Assembly: GCA_039683575.1 (NCBI GenBank)
Contig: JBDKRC010000087.1
Span: forward strand, 1 to 42,584
Reading direction: 5' to 3'
DNA from: Armatimonadia bacterium
GTDB taxonomy: Bacteria > Armatimonadota > Zipacnadia > Zipacnadales > UBA11051
DNA length: 42,584 nucleotides
Part shown: in pieces, positions 9,018 to 18,499 of the stretch
Numbering within the stretch: position 1 is the first letter of the stretch
Layout of the letters: the number at the start of each line of letters is the position of its first letter
Made by a program: the position numbers and the translations under genes
The notes under the pieces: generated by a model
Databases searched by the model: none
Told to the model about the DNA's origin: nothing
Seen by the model: only the letters and a program-made list of their open reading frames with translations

Positions 9018-9365
9018 ATGGACAAGAAGACCTTCATCGAGGGTATCGCAGTCGGAGCCGTGGCGGGGGCCATCGCAGGGCTCCTGCTGGCGCCGAAGAC
9101 AGGCCAGAAAATGCGCGACGAGATCAAGGCTCACTTCGCGGAGATCAAGGACCAGATCGTCGCGAAGCTCGAGGCGGCAGACGACTTCACGCAAACGAAG
9201 TATGAAGAGGTCGTCAAGGCCGTCATCGCCGAGCTCGAGGCGGCCAAGAAGATCACGGGCGACGAGGCGCAGGAGATGGCGAGCAGACTGCAGGACGGCT
9301 ACGAGGCCGTCAAGCAGACGATCCACGAGCACACCGCCGGCGACGAGTCACCGACGACCGCGTAG
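9018..9365 (+). CDS. YtxH-like general stress protein
   Basis: GAVAGAIAGLLLAPKTGQKMRDEI signature followed by a helical tail. Confidence 0.85.
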   Translation: MDKKTFIEGIAVGAVAGAIAGLLLAPKTGQKMRDEIKAHFAEIKDQIVAKLEAADDFTQTKYEEVVKAVIAELEAAKKITGDEAQEMASRLQDGYEAVKQTIHEHTAGDESPTTA

Positions 9366-9440
9366 CCGACGCGGAGACCCGGGCAGGCCGGCCCGCGTAA
9401 CTGTCGACTGCAATCGCCAGTAGCCAAAGGCTGAAGACAA

Positions 9441-9689
9441 ATGGGCATACTGGGCTGGATCATCCTCGGTGGCGTGGCGGGCTGGATTGCTTCCGCCCTG
9501 ACCGGCAGTCGCGAAGGCTGCCTGATGGATATCGTGATCGGCATTGCCGGCGCGCTGATCGGCGGGTTTCTCTTCTCACATTTCGGCCACGCACCCGTGA
9601 CGGGCCTGAACCTGGCGAGTCTACTCGTGGCGGTGGTGGGCGCGGTCATTCTGCTGCTCGTCGTGCGCGCCATCCGCAAGCGGTCCTGA
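9441..9689 (+). CDS. GlsB/YeaQ/YmgE (transglycosylase-associated) stress membrane protein
   Basis: WIILGGVAGWIAS...DIVIGIAGALIGG...VAVVGAVILL. Confidence 0.9.
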   Translation: MGILGWIILGGVAGWIASALTGSREGCLMDIVIGIAGALIGGFLFSHFGHAPVTGLNLASLLVAVVGAVILLLVVRAIRKRS

Positions 9690-9759
9690 GCGTTCGCGGG
9701 CGGGTGAAGTGGCGTTCGGCCTGACAGCGTCTCTGTCCAACGCGGAGGAAGGCACAGGT

Positions 9760-11088
9760 ATGGAACCAGAATCGAAAGGAGATGAACTAGAGAGAGAGAG
9801 CCGTCAGGCCGGACCGCTTGGCCGCGTCGCGGTCTACCTCAAGTCGCTCGGGCCCGGTCTGGTCACGGGGGCGGCGGATGACGACCCCTCGGGGATCGGC
9901 ACGTACTCCCAGACCGGCGCGCAGTTCGGCTACGCCCAGCTTTGGACCTCCGTGCTGTGTCTGCCCTTGATAATCGCCATCCAGGAGATTTGTGCCCGCA
10001 TCGCGCTGGAGACCGGGCGGAGCCTGGCGCAGAACATGCGCCTGCACTACCCACGTTGGCTGCTGTATTCCTGCGTGGGGCTGTTGGCCATCGCGAACAT
10101 TGTCAATATCGGGGCCGATCTGGGCGCGATGGCTGCCTCCGCCCGGATGCTGCTGCCTTTGCCGCATCTGCTTTGGCTGCTGGCTATCACAGCAGTCGTC
10201 GTCTTGTTGCAGGTCTTGGTGGCGTATCACGCCTATGCGAGGTTCTTGCGGTACGCCACGCTCTCGCTGTTCGCGTACATCCTGGTGGCTTTCTGGGCCA
10301 AACTGGACTGGCAGTTGGCGCTACGCAGCACGGTCATCCCACTGCTCCGCTCCGACGCGGATTACCTCATGAACATCGTTGCCATTTTGGGCACGACCGT
10401 CACGCCCTATTGCTTCTTCTGGCAGGCGAATCAGGAGGTGGACGAACAGATCGATGAAGGGTTGAGATCGCCGAAGTCACGCAGTGGCGTGAGCGGGGGG
10501 GACCTGAAATGGATGCGCTCCGACGTCGTCAGCGGGATGCTCGTCTCACAGGTCGTCTGCTGGTTCATCATCGCTACCACGGCCGCCACTCTCCACGCAC
10601 ACGGGATAAGCAACGTTGATAGCGCCCCTAAGGCGGCCGAGGCGCTCCGACCCCTGGCAGGCAATCTGGCATATGTGCTATTTGCGGGTGGCATCATCGG
10701 GACGGGTCTACTGGCCGTTCCCATTCTGGCGGGGTCTGCCGGGTATGCGATCAGTGAGTCGTTTCACTATCGCGCCGGGCTGGCTCTGGATTGGCGGCAC
10801 GCTCGCGTGTTCTACGGCGTCATCGCGGTGTCAACCGTCATTGGCATGGCACTCAACTTCATCGGCATCAACCCCATGAAGGCGCTGTACTACTCGGCCG
10901 TGCTCAATGGAGTGATCGCACCGCCTTTGATGGTCATCATCATGCTGATCAGCGGCGATGGCCGGATCATGAGGGACCGCACGAACAAGGCATGGTCGAA
11001 GGCTGTGGGCTGGGCCGCCACCGGGATCATGAGTGTGGCTGCGATTGCCCTGGTCGTACAACTGCTGATGAGACATGGCGGGCAGTAG
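9760..11088 (+). CDS. NRAMP-family divalent metal transporter
   Basis: LGPGLVTGAADDDPSGIGTYSQTGAQFGY and ILGTTVTPY motifs, multiple TM segments. The ATG at 9760 follows GGAGG. Confidence 0.9.
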   Translation: MEPESKGDELERESRQAGPLGRVAVYLKSLGPGLVTGAADDDPSGIGTYSQTGAQFGYAQLWTSVLCLPLIIAIQEICARIALETGRSLAQNMRLHYPRWLLYSCVGLLAIANIVNIGADLGAMAASARMLLPLPHLLWLLAITAVVVLLQVLVAYHAYARFLRYATLSLFAYILVAFWAKLDWQLALRSTVIPLLRSDADYLMNIVAILGTTVTPYCFFWQANQEVDEQIDEGLRSPKSRSGVSGGDLKWMRSDVVSGMLVSQVVCWFIIATTAATLHAHGISNVDSAPKAAEALRPLAGNLAYVLFAGGIIGTGLLAVPILAGSAGYAISESFHYRAGLALDWRHARVFYGVIAVSTVIGMALNFIGINPMKALYYSAVLNGVIAPPLMVIIMLISGDGRIMRDRTNKAWSKAVGWAATGIMSVAAIALVVQLLMRHGGQ

Positions 11089-11207
11089 CGGACCCGTGTA
11101 CTGCCCGGCCGGCCCGAGAACTCAGCAGGCTTCGCCTGCGTCTGAGAGCGGGAGCCAGGTTTCGGGCTTTGCGGCGCATCAGGGGCCAATAGGGAGGCGG
11201 AAGGCTG

Positions 11208-12125
11208 GTGAGCAGAGTCAAGACCAGGCTGCAGTCGAAGTGCGCGAGCGGGAGACCGAACGCCGCGGTGCGGCAGGAGACGCCGAAGGCGCCACCGCAA
11301 CCTGCGACCTCGACCCACGCCGACCAACCCAAGACGACAGGGGTTGCCGATCAGCGACCCATCTGCAAGCGGCTATTCCGGCACCTGGGGAGCTTTCGGG
11401 GGAGCTTGAATGACGGAATGGCGGCGCACCTCGAGAAGCATGGCAAGTCGGGGGGTAATGCGCTGCGAGCGGCAGTCCTCGGGGCCAGCGACGGCCTGGT
11501 ATCCAACTTTACCCTCGTCATGGGCGTGGCAGGCGCGAATCTGCCAGCGAAGAGCATCCTGCTGACAGGTCTCGCCGGCTTGCTCGCAGGCGGCATCTCG
11601 ATGGGCCTGGGTGAGTGGATTTCCGTGCAGAGCTCGCGTGAGCTTTATCAGGAGCAGATTCATGGAGAGAAAGACGAGATTGCGGCGGCGCCGGCGCGTG
11701 AGACAGCAGAACTCGTCTTGATCTACCGGGCGCGCGGGTTCGACGAGGAAACGGCACGGACGATGGCGACGCGCATGATGGGCGACCCGGATACGGCCCT
11801 GGACGCGATGACGCGAGATGAGTTGGGGATAGACCCGGCCAGACTCGGCGGCTCGGCGTGGGAGGCGGCCGTCGTGTCGTTTATCCTGTTCATGGTCGGA
11901 GCCTTCATCCCGGTCCTTCCCTACTTCTTCCTCAGCGGCGTGACGGCAGTGAGCGTAAGCGCAGGCGCCAGCGCAGCCGGGTTGTTTCTCGTGGGGGGGG
12001 CGATCACGAGGCTCACCGGCAAGTCGGTGCTGTGGTCGGGAGTCCGGCAGGTGGCCTTCGGTCTCGTCGCCGCTGCCGTGGTCTTTCTCATCGGCCATTT
12101 GATCGGCACTAAGCTGGGAGGCTGA
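11208..12125 (+). CDS. VIT1/CCC1-family Fe/Mn transporter
   Basis: LRAAVLGASDGLVSNF, GLLAGGISMGLGEWISVQS, ELGID and SFILFMVGAFIPVLP. The start codon is uncertain. Confidence 0.9.
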   Translation: MSRVKTRLQSKCASGRPNAAVRQETPKAPPQPATSTHADQPKTTGVADQRPICKRLFRHLGSFRGSLNDGMAAHLEKHGKSGGNALRAAVLGASDGLVSNFTLVMGVAGANLPAKSILLTGLAGLLAGGISMGLGEWISVQSSRELYQEQIHGEKDEIAAAPARETAELVLIYRARGFDEETARTMATRMMGDPDTALDAMTRDELGIDPARLGGSAWEAAVVSFILFMVGAFIPVLPYFFLSGVTAVSVSAGASAAGLFLVGGAITRLTGKSVLWSGVRQVAFGLVAAAVVFLIGHLIGTKLGG

Positions 12126-12132
12126 CGGCCAG

Positions 12133-12355
12133 CGGAGTTGGGCGTGGTGCTTCTTCCAGCGCTAGAACGTTGCCTCGGCCACGCCCATCTTCCGGCAGAT
12201 CTCCGCCACCGCCGTACCATTTTCCGCCTGCTATAGGGCGAACACGGTTGGGGGTTCCGTATACCGTTTGTGCTCCATGATCCTCGTCCTCCTGAGAGCA
12301 ATATACCCTTCATTGACTCTCATTCCAAGTGGACCAAGATTCGGGGTTCAGAGCA
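12133..12355 (-). mobile_element. IS3-family remnant (left IR plus degraded orfA)
   Basis: IRL TGCTCTGAACCCCGAATCTTGGTCCACT starts at 12355. AGGAGG RBS, then ATG 12278: MEHKRYTEPPTVFAL*QAENGTAVAEICRKMGVAEATF*RWKK, with two in-frame TAG stops. Confidence 0.8.
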
Positions 12356-12683
12356 ACGGACTGGCCCGCGCCCACCACAGCGTGCCGATCCGCAGTATCG
12401 GCCCTGTAATGGTTCACGTCTCCCCGAGATGCGCAGACGTACCGCGTCCATCCGTGCCTCAAAGCGCGGTGTGAACTGGTGCGGCACGTCCTAACGTCTG
12501 GCTAGATAAGCTCACGGGCGGCGACTGCTGTCGTTCACCCACGAGAGCGGAGTCGGAACAAAGCATCAGGCTGCTACCGCGCTCTACGACCCTCTCATTC
12601 TCGGCGGCAGCTTCGGAGGCCAAGGCCCTACCAAGTGGCACAACGGCTTCCGTCAGGCGCGGAGCGCCCAAGGGAGATCGACA

Positions 12684-14798
12684 GTGGACAGGAAGAAGAC
12701 GACTGCCAAGTCCGGCACACGCAAGGGAGACAGCAGGTCAGCTCCCAGCGGCGATGTACAGATCGCCGCCGGCGGTGAACTGCACCAGATCGCGGGTGGC
12801 CCGCATCCCGCGTTGACCACCAACCAGGGCACGCCTGTGTCCGATAACCAGAACTCGCTACGGGCCAACCCGCACGGCCCGTCACTGCTGGAAGACTTCG
12901 TACTGCGCGAGAAGATCACGCATTTCGACCATGAGCGCATTCCGGAACGAATCGTCCACGCGCGGGGCACGGGTGTGCATGGCTTCTTCGAGCTTACGGA
13001 TTCGTTGGAGCAGTACACTATCGCCCGAGTCCTCAGGGAGGTCGGGGAGCAGACGCCGCTGTTCGCGCGCATTTCGACTGTCGCCGGTGGCGCGGGCTCG
13101 GTCGACACGGCCCGCGACGTGCGTGGATTCGCCGTGAAGTTCTACACCAAAGAGGGAAACTGGGACTTGGTCGGCAACAACATCCCGGTGTTTTTCATCC
13201 AGGATGCGATCAAGTTCCCCGACCTGGTCCATGCGGTGAAGATGGAGCCGGACCGGGCGTTCCCGCAATCGGCTACCGCACACGACACTTTCTGGGATTA
13301 CATCTCCCTCACTCCCGAGTCCATGCACATGGTCATGTGGATCATGTCCGATCGCACCATCCCGCGCTCGCTGCGGATGATAGAGGGCTTCGGGGTGCAC
13401 AGCTTCCGCCTTCTGAACGCCGCAGGCGAGTCAACCTTCGTCAAGTTTCACTGGCGGCCCAAGCTAGGGCTGCAGTCCACGATCTGGGACGAGGCGGTCA
13501 AGATCGCTGGCGCCGACCCGGACTTCCACCGGCGGGATATGTTCAACGCCATCTCCGGTGGGGACTTCCCCGAGTGGGAACTGGCGGTTCAGCTTTTCAC
13601 CCAGGAGGAAGCGGACAGCTTCCCCTTCGATCATCTGGATGCGACCAAGCTGATCCCCGAGGAGTTGGTGCCGCTCCGCGTGATCGGTCGCATGGTCCTG
13701 AACCGCTGGCCTGATAACTTCTTTGCCGAGACGGAGCAGGTGGCATACTGCCCGGCGAACATAGTGCCGGGCATGGACTTCTCCAACGACCCCTTGCTGC
13801 AGGGGCGCCTGTTCTCCTACCAGGACACGCAGCTTTCACGCTTGGGGTCTCCCAACTTCCATCAGATACCGATCAACGCGCCGAAGTGCCCCTTCGGCAA
13901 CCACCAGCGTGACGGCCATATGCAGATGGCTCAGCCCAAGGGGCGTGTGGCGTATGAGCCCAACTCCCTGTCTCAGGACTCGCCTCGCGAGGCGGCAGCC
14001 GCCGGCTTCCGCAGCGCGGCAGTGGACGAGACAGGCGCGAAGGGACGTATCCGACCGGAGAGCTTCGCCGACCACTACAGCCAGGCGCGCCAGTTCTACC
14101 TCAGCCAGACGGCGCATGAGCAGGCGCATCTCGCCTCGGCGCTGGTCTTTGAGCTGTCGAAGGTAGAGCACGTGCATGTGCGCGAGGCGATGGTGGGTCA
14201 CCTGCGCCATATCGATGACGACCTCGCGAACCGTGTTGCTACCGGTCTCGCGCTCGGTAAGCTCCCGGAGGCCCCCCTGGCGGCTGCGCCCGTGCAGAAG
14301 TTGCCCCTCTCACCGGCGCTGCAGATCATCGGCAAGATGAAGGACACGCTCACGGGGCGCGCGGTCGGCATCCTGATCGCGGATGGTTCAGACGGCGCGG
14401 CTGTTGAGGCGATAAAGCAGGCAACCCTGGACGCGGGTGCCCGGGTGACGATCATAGCGCCCCGAGTTGGCAGCGCGGAGCTCCGCGACGGCTCGGTGCT
14501 GGCCGCTGACGGCCAGTTGGCGGGGACACCGTCCGTATTCTTCGACGCTGTCGCCGTCATCCTCTCAGCCGAAGCAGGCAAACTGCTGTCGACTGAGGCC
14601 GCCGCGATTGGCTTCGTGCGTGACGCTTTCGGGCATCTCAAAGCCATCGCCGTCGACGAAGGCGGGCAGGCTCTACTGAAGGCAGCGCAGTTGAAACCAG
14701 ATGCGGGTGTCGTGGATGCCAGCGACACCGACGCCTTCATCACCGCCGCCAAGACGCGCCAGTGGGAGAGAGAAAAGTCCATTAGGACACTGGCATAG
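12684..14798 (+). CDS. katE: Large-subunit monofunctional catalase HPII with C-terminal DJ-1/GATase-like domain
   Basis: [31 protein letters not shown] and RLFSYQDTQ; 704 aa. Confidence 0.96.
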   Translation: MDRKKTTAKSGTRKGDSRSAPSGDVQIAAGGELHQIAGGPHPALTTNQGTPVSDNQNSLRANPHGPSLLEDFVLREKITHFDHERIPERIVHARGTGVHGFFELTDSLEQYTIARVLREVGEQTPLFARISTVAGGAGSVDTARDVRGFAVKFYTKEGNWDLVGNNIPVFFIQDAIKFPDLVHAVKMEPDRAFPQSATAHDTFWDYISLTPESMHMVMWIMSDRTIPRSLRMIEGFGVHSFRLLNAAGESTFVKFHWRPKLGLQSTIWDEAVKIAGADPDFHRRDMFNAISGGDFPEWELAVQLFTQEEADSFPFDHLDATKLIPEELVPLRVIGRMVLNRWPDNFFAETEQVAYCPANIVPGMDFSNDPLLQGRLFSYQDTQLSRLGSPNFHQIPINAPKCPFGNHQRDGHMQMAQPKGRVAYEPNSLSQDSPREAAAAGFRSAAVDETGAKGRIRPESFADHYSQARQFYLSQTAHEQAHLASALVFELSKVEHVHVREAMVGHLRHIDDDLANRVATGLALGKLPEAPLAAAPVQKLPLSPALQIIGKMKDTLTGRAVGILIADGSDGAAVEAIKQATLDAGARVTIIAPRVGSAELRDGSVLAADGQLAGTPSVFFDAVAVILSAEAGKLLSTEAAAIGFVRDAFGHLKAIAVDEGGQALLKAAQLKPDAGVVDASDTDAFITAAKTRQWEREKSIRTLA

Positions 14799-14807
14799 CC
14801 CCCGTTG

Positions 14808-14846
14808 CGCACAGCGCCCGGTGTGCCTCACACCGGGCGCTGTGCG
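14808..14846 (+). terminator. 18-bp perfect hairpin directly after katE (no U-tract)
   Basis: CGCACAGCGCCCGGTGTG-CCT-CACACCGGGCGCTGTGCG. Confidence 0.5.
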
Positions 14847-15431
14847 TAAGGACCCATATGTCCGGCGTGCGCCACTTCGCCAGCCTTTAGGTCGCCCCCA
14901 CCTAACTATTGTCGTTAGGCGACTTGCCTACTGTCCATTCACCCAACAACAATAGTTGATCCCACGGCCTGGCCTCGGCATTTGAGGCTGGCGCGAACCC
15001 CATACATCAGCTACAGATACTTCCCAAAGAACTCATATGCCTCTTTGTTGGCGGAGGCATGCTCGCCCGGATGGTATTCATCATCAGTGCCAGGACGACA
15101 TTCACGCACTGCCTACTTCCCCCGTCCAGAGCCCAATAATCCAGCAGACAGCGGTTGTGGAGGACTGTAGTTGGCAACAGCGCCCAAGCACGGGACGCGG
15201 AGCAACGCCGCCAGCGCGGGGCAGCACCTGGGCCTCGAGGACCAGGACCCCCGGAGATGCTGCCGGGGCCTGACCGGGGCAACCGCCGCGAACCGCTTAC
15301 CGGCGGCGCTCGTCAATGGGAGACGCGCAACACGCACTGCGGCGTCTGGCGAGGTCGCCAGCCTCGCCAGGTCCGGCGTGCCCACCCTGATACTGAGCAG
15401 AGACCCCGGCAGACCATAGGAGACGATCGAA

Positions 15432-16760
15432 ATGCTACGCAGTATCAACAGTATGGTCGGCTACGCCATCCGGGCCAGGGATGGTGACCTGGGGAAAGTG
15501 GTCGAGTTCTATTTCGATGACAAGACCTGGACGATTCGCTATCTGGTGGTGGAAACCGGGACCTGGCTGTCCGGCCGCAAGGTGCTCCTGTCACCGGTGG
15601 CCCTGGGCGAACCGGACTGGGAGTCGCGGACGTTCAGCGCCAATCTCACTATCGCACAGGTGCGCGACAGCCCCGACGTTAACACCGCCGGACCCATCTC
15701 TCGTCAGCACGAAATGGATCTGTCGGGGTATTACGCCTGGCCGATGTATTGGGGCAGCCAGTACTCGAGCGGCACCAAGTACGGAACTGCCCCGTTCGGG
15801 CCGCAGATGTACATCAAGACAGAATCGCAGGATGAAGGATCAACCCCGGAGAGCCATGGCGACCCGCAGTTACGCAGCACCGGGAGAATCACCGATGACC
15901 ATGTCGAAGCCACCGACGGCGCCATCGGACACGTGGAGGACTGCATCATTGACGACCAGTCGTGGATGGTGCGCTTCCTGGTCGTGGAGACACACAACTG
16001 GCTACCAGGCGGGAGAAAGGTGCTCATCGCACCGGAATCGATCATAAGTGTGGAATGGGACGAGTCCAAAGTGATCGTGGGTCTCTCGCAGGAAGCCATC
16101 GCGGGCAGCCCCGAGTTTGATCTGCGGCAGCCGGTCAGCGCCGACTATGAGGGCCAACTCCACGACTACTACGGCCGGCCCAGCGGCCAGCCATCAGGAG
16201 CGGGCGGGACCATGCCGCAGCGAGTGACTGACACGAACGGCCAGGACGTCGGCGTGTACGTCCGGCGCGTGGACACGGCGAAGGGCGAGGCGGTTCTGAT
16301 CCAACGGGCAGAGAGACTGGGGGGCGGAACGGTTGTGCTCCAGGCCCGCGATGTGGAGCAGCGAGGCCAGGAGTGGCGGGTACCCTATGAGGATCTGGCC
16401 ATCCTCGAGGCCCCGCCGCTTTCGCCCAACGTGGCACTGGACGCCTACCTCGACTTCTGGGATCGACTGGGGACCGGCGACATGAACAGTTCGCTCGACG
16501 AGTTCATGGCGTCGGGCAGCGGGCCAGTGGACTCCCAACAGGACGTTCCCGACGCGCAGATCGAGGCGATGGTGAAGGAGCGCCTGCAGGATACAGAGGG
16601 CGTGGAGCACCATCTGGTGCGCGTGAGCGTCAACAAGGGCACGGTGCTCCTCGAGGGCTATCAGGGCGACGCTTCAGGCCGCCTGGCCGCGGCCCAGGCC
16701 GCGGCCGCCGTACCAGGCGTGAAGGAGATCGTGAACATGCTCGTGATCCGGGCGCTCTAG
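15432..16760 (+). CDS. Tandem PRC-barrel protein fused to a C-terminal BON-domain module
   Basis: Two repeats of A.DG..G.V.....DD..W.(I/V)R(Y/F)LVVET..WL..GRKVL, and a C-terminal V..GTVLLEG...AAAVPGVKEIVN.L (BON). Confidence 0.85.
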   Translation: MLRSINSMVGYAIRARDGDLGKVVEFYFDDKTWTIRYLVVETGTWLSGRKVLLSPVALGEPDWESRTFSANLTIAQVRDSPDVNTAGPISRQHEMDLSGYYAWPMYWGSQYSSGTKYGTAPFGPQMYIKTESQDEGSTPESHGDPQLRSTGRITDDHVEATDGAIGHVEDCIIDDQSWMVRFLVVETHNWLPGGRKVLIAPESIISVEWDESKVIVGLSQEAIAGSPEFDLRQPVSADYEGQLHDYYGRPSGQPSGAGGTMPQRVTDTNGQDVGVYVRRVDTAKGEAVLIQRAERLGGGTVVLQARDVEQRGQEWRVPYEDLAILEAPPLSPNVALDAYLDFWDRLGTGDMNSSLDEFMASGSGPVDSQQDVPDAQIEAMVKERLQDTEGVEHHLVRVSVNKGTVLLEGYQGDASGRLAAAQAAAAVPGVKEIVNMLVIRAL

Positions 16761-16822
16761 CAGCAAGGGCCAACACTCGGTTGCATCCGGCAAAGATCAG
16801 CGCGACATGCGATGAGAGAGCC

Positions 16823-18499
16823 ATGAGAATCAGTCCTCACGCCGGAAAGCCGGCCACACCAACAATGCTGGTGAACGTGCCGCGGCTCATCACGGCCTAC
16901 TATGCGGAAGTGCCGGATCCTTCGGTGCCCGAACAACGGGTCATCTTCGGCACCTCAGGGCATCGTGGCTCTGCCTTCGACAAGGCTTTCAACGAATGGC
17001 ATATCCTCGCCATCACTCAAGCCATCTGCCTGTACCGGGAGCACAAGCGGATCGCGGGCCCGCTGTTCCTGGGCATGGACACGCATGCCCTCTCGGTGCC
17101 CGCTCAGGCCAGCGCGCTGGAGGTGCTGGCGGCCAACGGGGTGGAGGTTCTGCTCGCGGAGGGGGATGAGTACACCCCGACGCCGGTCATTTCCCACGCC
17201 ATTCTCACGCATGACCGCGGGCGCAAGACCGGACTCGCGGACGGCATCGTCATCACGCCCTCACACGATCCGCCACGCGACGGCGGCTTCAAATACAACC
17301 ATCCAAACGGCGGGCCGGCGGCAGCCGTCGTCACCGACTGGATCGAGAAAAAAGCCAACGAGTTGCTCGAGCACGGCCTTGTGGGGGTGAAGATAGTCCC
17401 CTACGAGAAGGCTCTGCACGCGCCCACGACGCACCGGCACGACTACCTAAACGCCTACGTCGCGGACCTCGCCAATGTGATCGACCTGGAGGTCCTTCGA
17501 GACGCCAAGATCAGCGTCGGAGTCGATCCTTTGGGCGGGGCCGGAGTCCACTACTGGGGGCCGATTGCCGAACGCTACGGGCTCAATCTCACGGTGGTGA
17601 ACGAGGCCGTGGATCCGACCTTCCGTTTCATGACGGTGGATTGGGACGGTCAGATCCGGATGGACCCCTCCTCGCCCTATGCGATGCAGAGTCTCATCGG
17701 CCTGAAGGACCGCTTCGACATCTCCTTTGCCTGTGACACCGATCACGACCGGCACGGGATCGTCACCCGCAGCGCGGGATTGCTACCCCCCAACCATTAC
17801 CTCGCGGTCGCCATCCTCTATCTCTTCCAGCACCGGCCGGAGTGGCGCCCGGAGGCGGCAGTCGGCAAGACGGTGGTGAGTAGCCGGATGATTGACCGCG
17901 CCACCACGAAGGTTGGCCGGAGCCTCTACGAGGTACCCGTTGGCTTCAAGTGGTTTGTTGATGGCCTGCTCGACGGCTCGCTTGCGTTTGCTGGCGAGGA
18001 GAGCGCCGGGGCGTCCTTCGCTCGCCTGGACGGCACGGTGTGGACGACGGACAAAGACGGCACTGTCCCGGCCTTGCTCGCGGCGGAGATGACAGTTCGA
18101 ATCGGCCGCGACCCTGGTGAGATCTACCACGACCTCACCCGCGAGTTCGGTGAGTTCGCCGACAATCTGACTGAGGCGCCGGCCACTCTGGAGCAGAAGG
18201 AACTACTGGCGAAGTTGTCGCCCCAGCAACTGCATGTGACCGAACTGGCGGGCGAGAAGATCCAGACTGTACTCACGCACGCGCCGGGCAATGACGCACC
18301 CATCGGCGGACTGAGAGTGACTGCGAAGAGTGGCTGGTTCGCGGCGCGTCCGTCCGGGACGGAAGACATATACAAGATCTACGCGGAGAGTTCGCGGGGT
18401 CAGGATCACCTGCACCGCATCGTTGAACAGGCCCAGACGGTCGTCAATGAAGCCCTGGGGGTGGGCCCGTCCACCAAGGCTGCGGAGGGCAAACCATGA
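16823..18499 (+). CDS. pgm: Phosphoglucomutase (alpha-D-glucose phosphate-specific)
   Basis: FGTSGHRGS, TPSHDPP (phosphoserine loop), CDTDHDRH, GEESAG and RPSGTE. Start at ATG 16823. Confidence 0.95.
   Translation: MRISPHAGKPATPTMLVNVPRLITAYYAEVPDPSVPEQRVIFGTSGHRGSAFDKAFNEWHILAITQAICLYREHKRIAGPLFLGMDTHALSVPAQASALEVLAANGVEVLLAEGDEYTPTPVISHAILTHDRGRKTGLADGIVITPSHDPPRDGGFKYNHPNGGPAAAVVTDWIEKKANELLEHGLVGVKIVPYEKALHAPTTHRHDYLNAYVADLANVIDLEVLRDAKISVGVDPLGGAGVHYWGPIAERYGLNLTVVNEAVDPTFRFMTVDWDGQIRMDPSSPYAMQSLIGLKDRFDISFACDTDHDRHGIVTRSAGLLPPNHYLAVAILYLFQHRPEWRPEAAVGKTVVSSRMIDRATTKVGRSLYEVPVGFKWFVDGLLDGSLAFAGEESAGASFARLDGTVWTTDKDGTVPALLAAEMTVRIGRDPGEIYHDLTREFGEFADNLTEAPATLEQKELLAKLSPQQLHVTELAGEKIQTVLTHAPGNDAPIGGLRVTAKSGWFAARPSGTEDIYKIYAESSRGQDHLHRIVEQAQTVVNEALGVGPSTKAAEGKP

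Noticed and set aside
14900-14920. attC-like RYYYAAC...GTTRRRY pair (ACCTAAC / GTTAGGC)
   Set aside because: The sites are only 7 bp apart, far shorter than an attC. There is no cassette array, and no integron-integrase features were recognised in the recombinase.
14960-15430. Several short overlapping ORFs between katE and the PRC gene
   Set aside because: No motif, RBS or consistent frame support.
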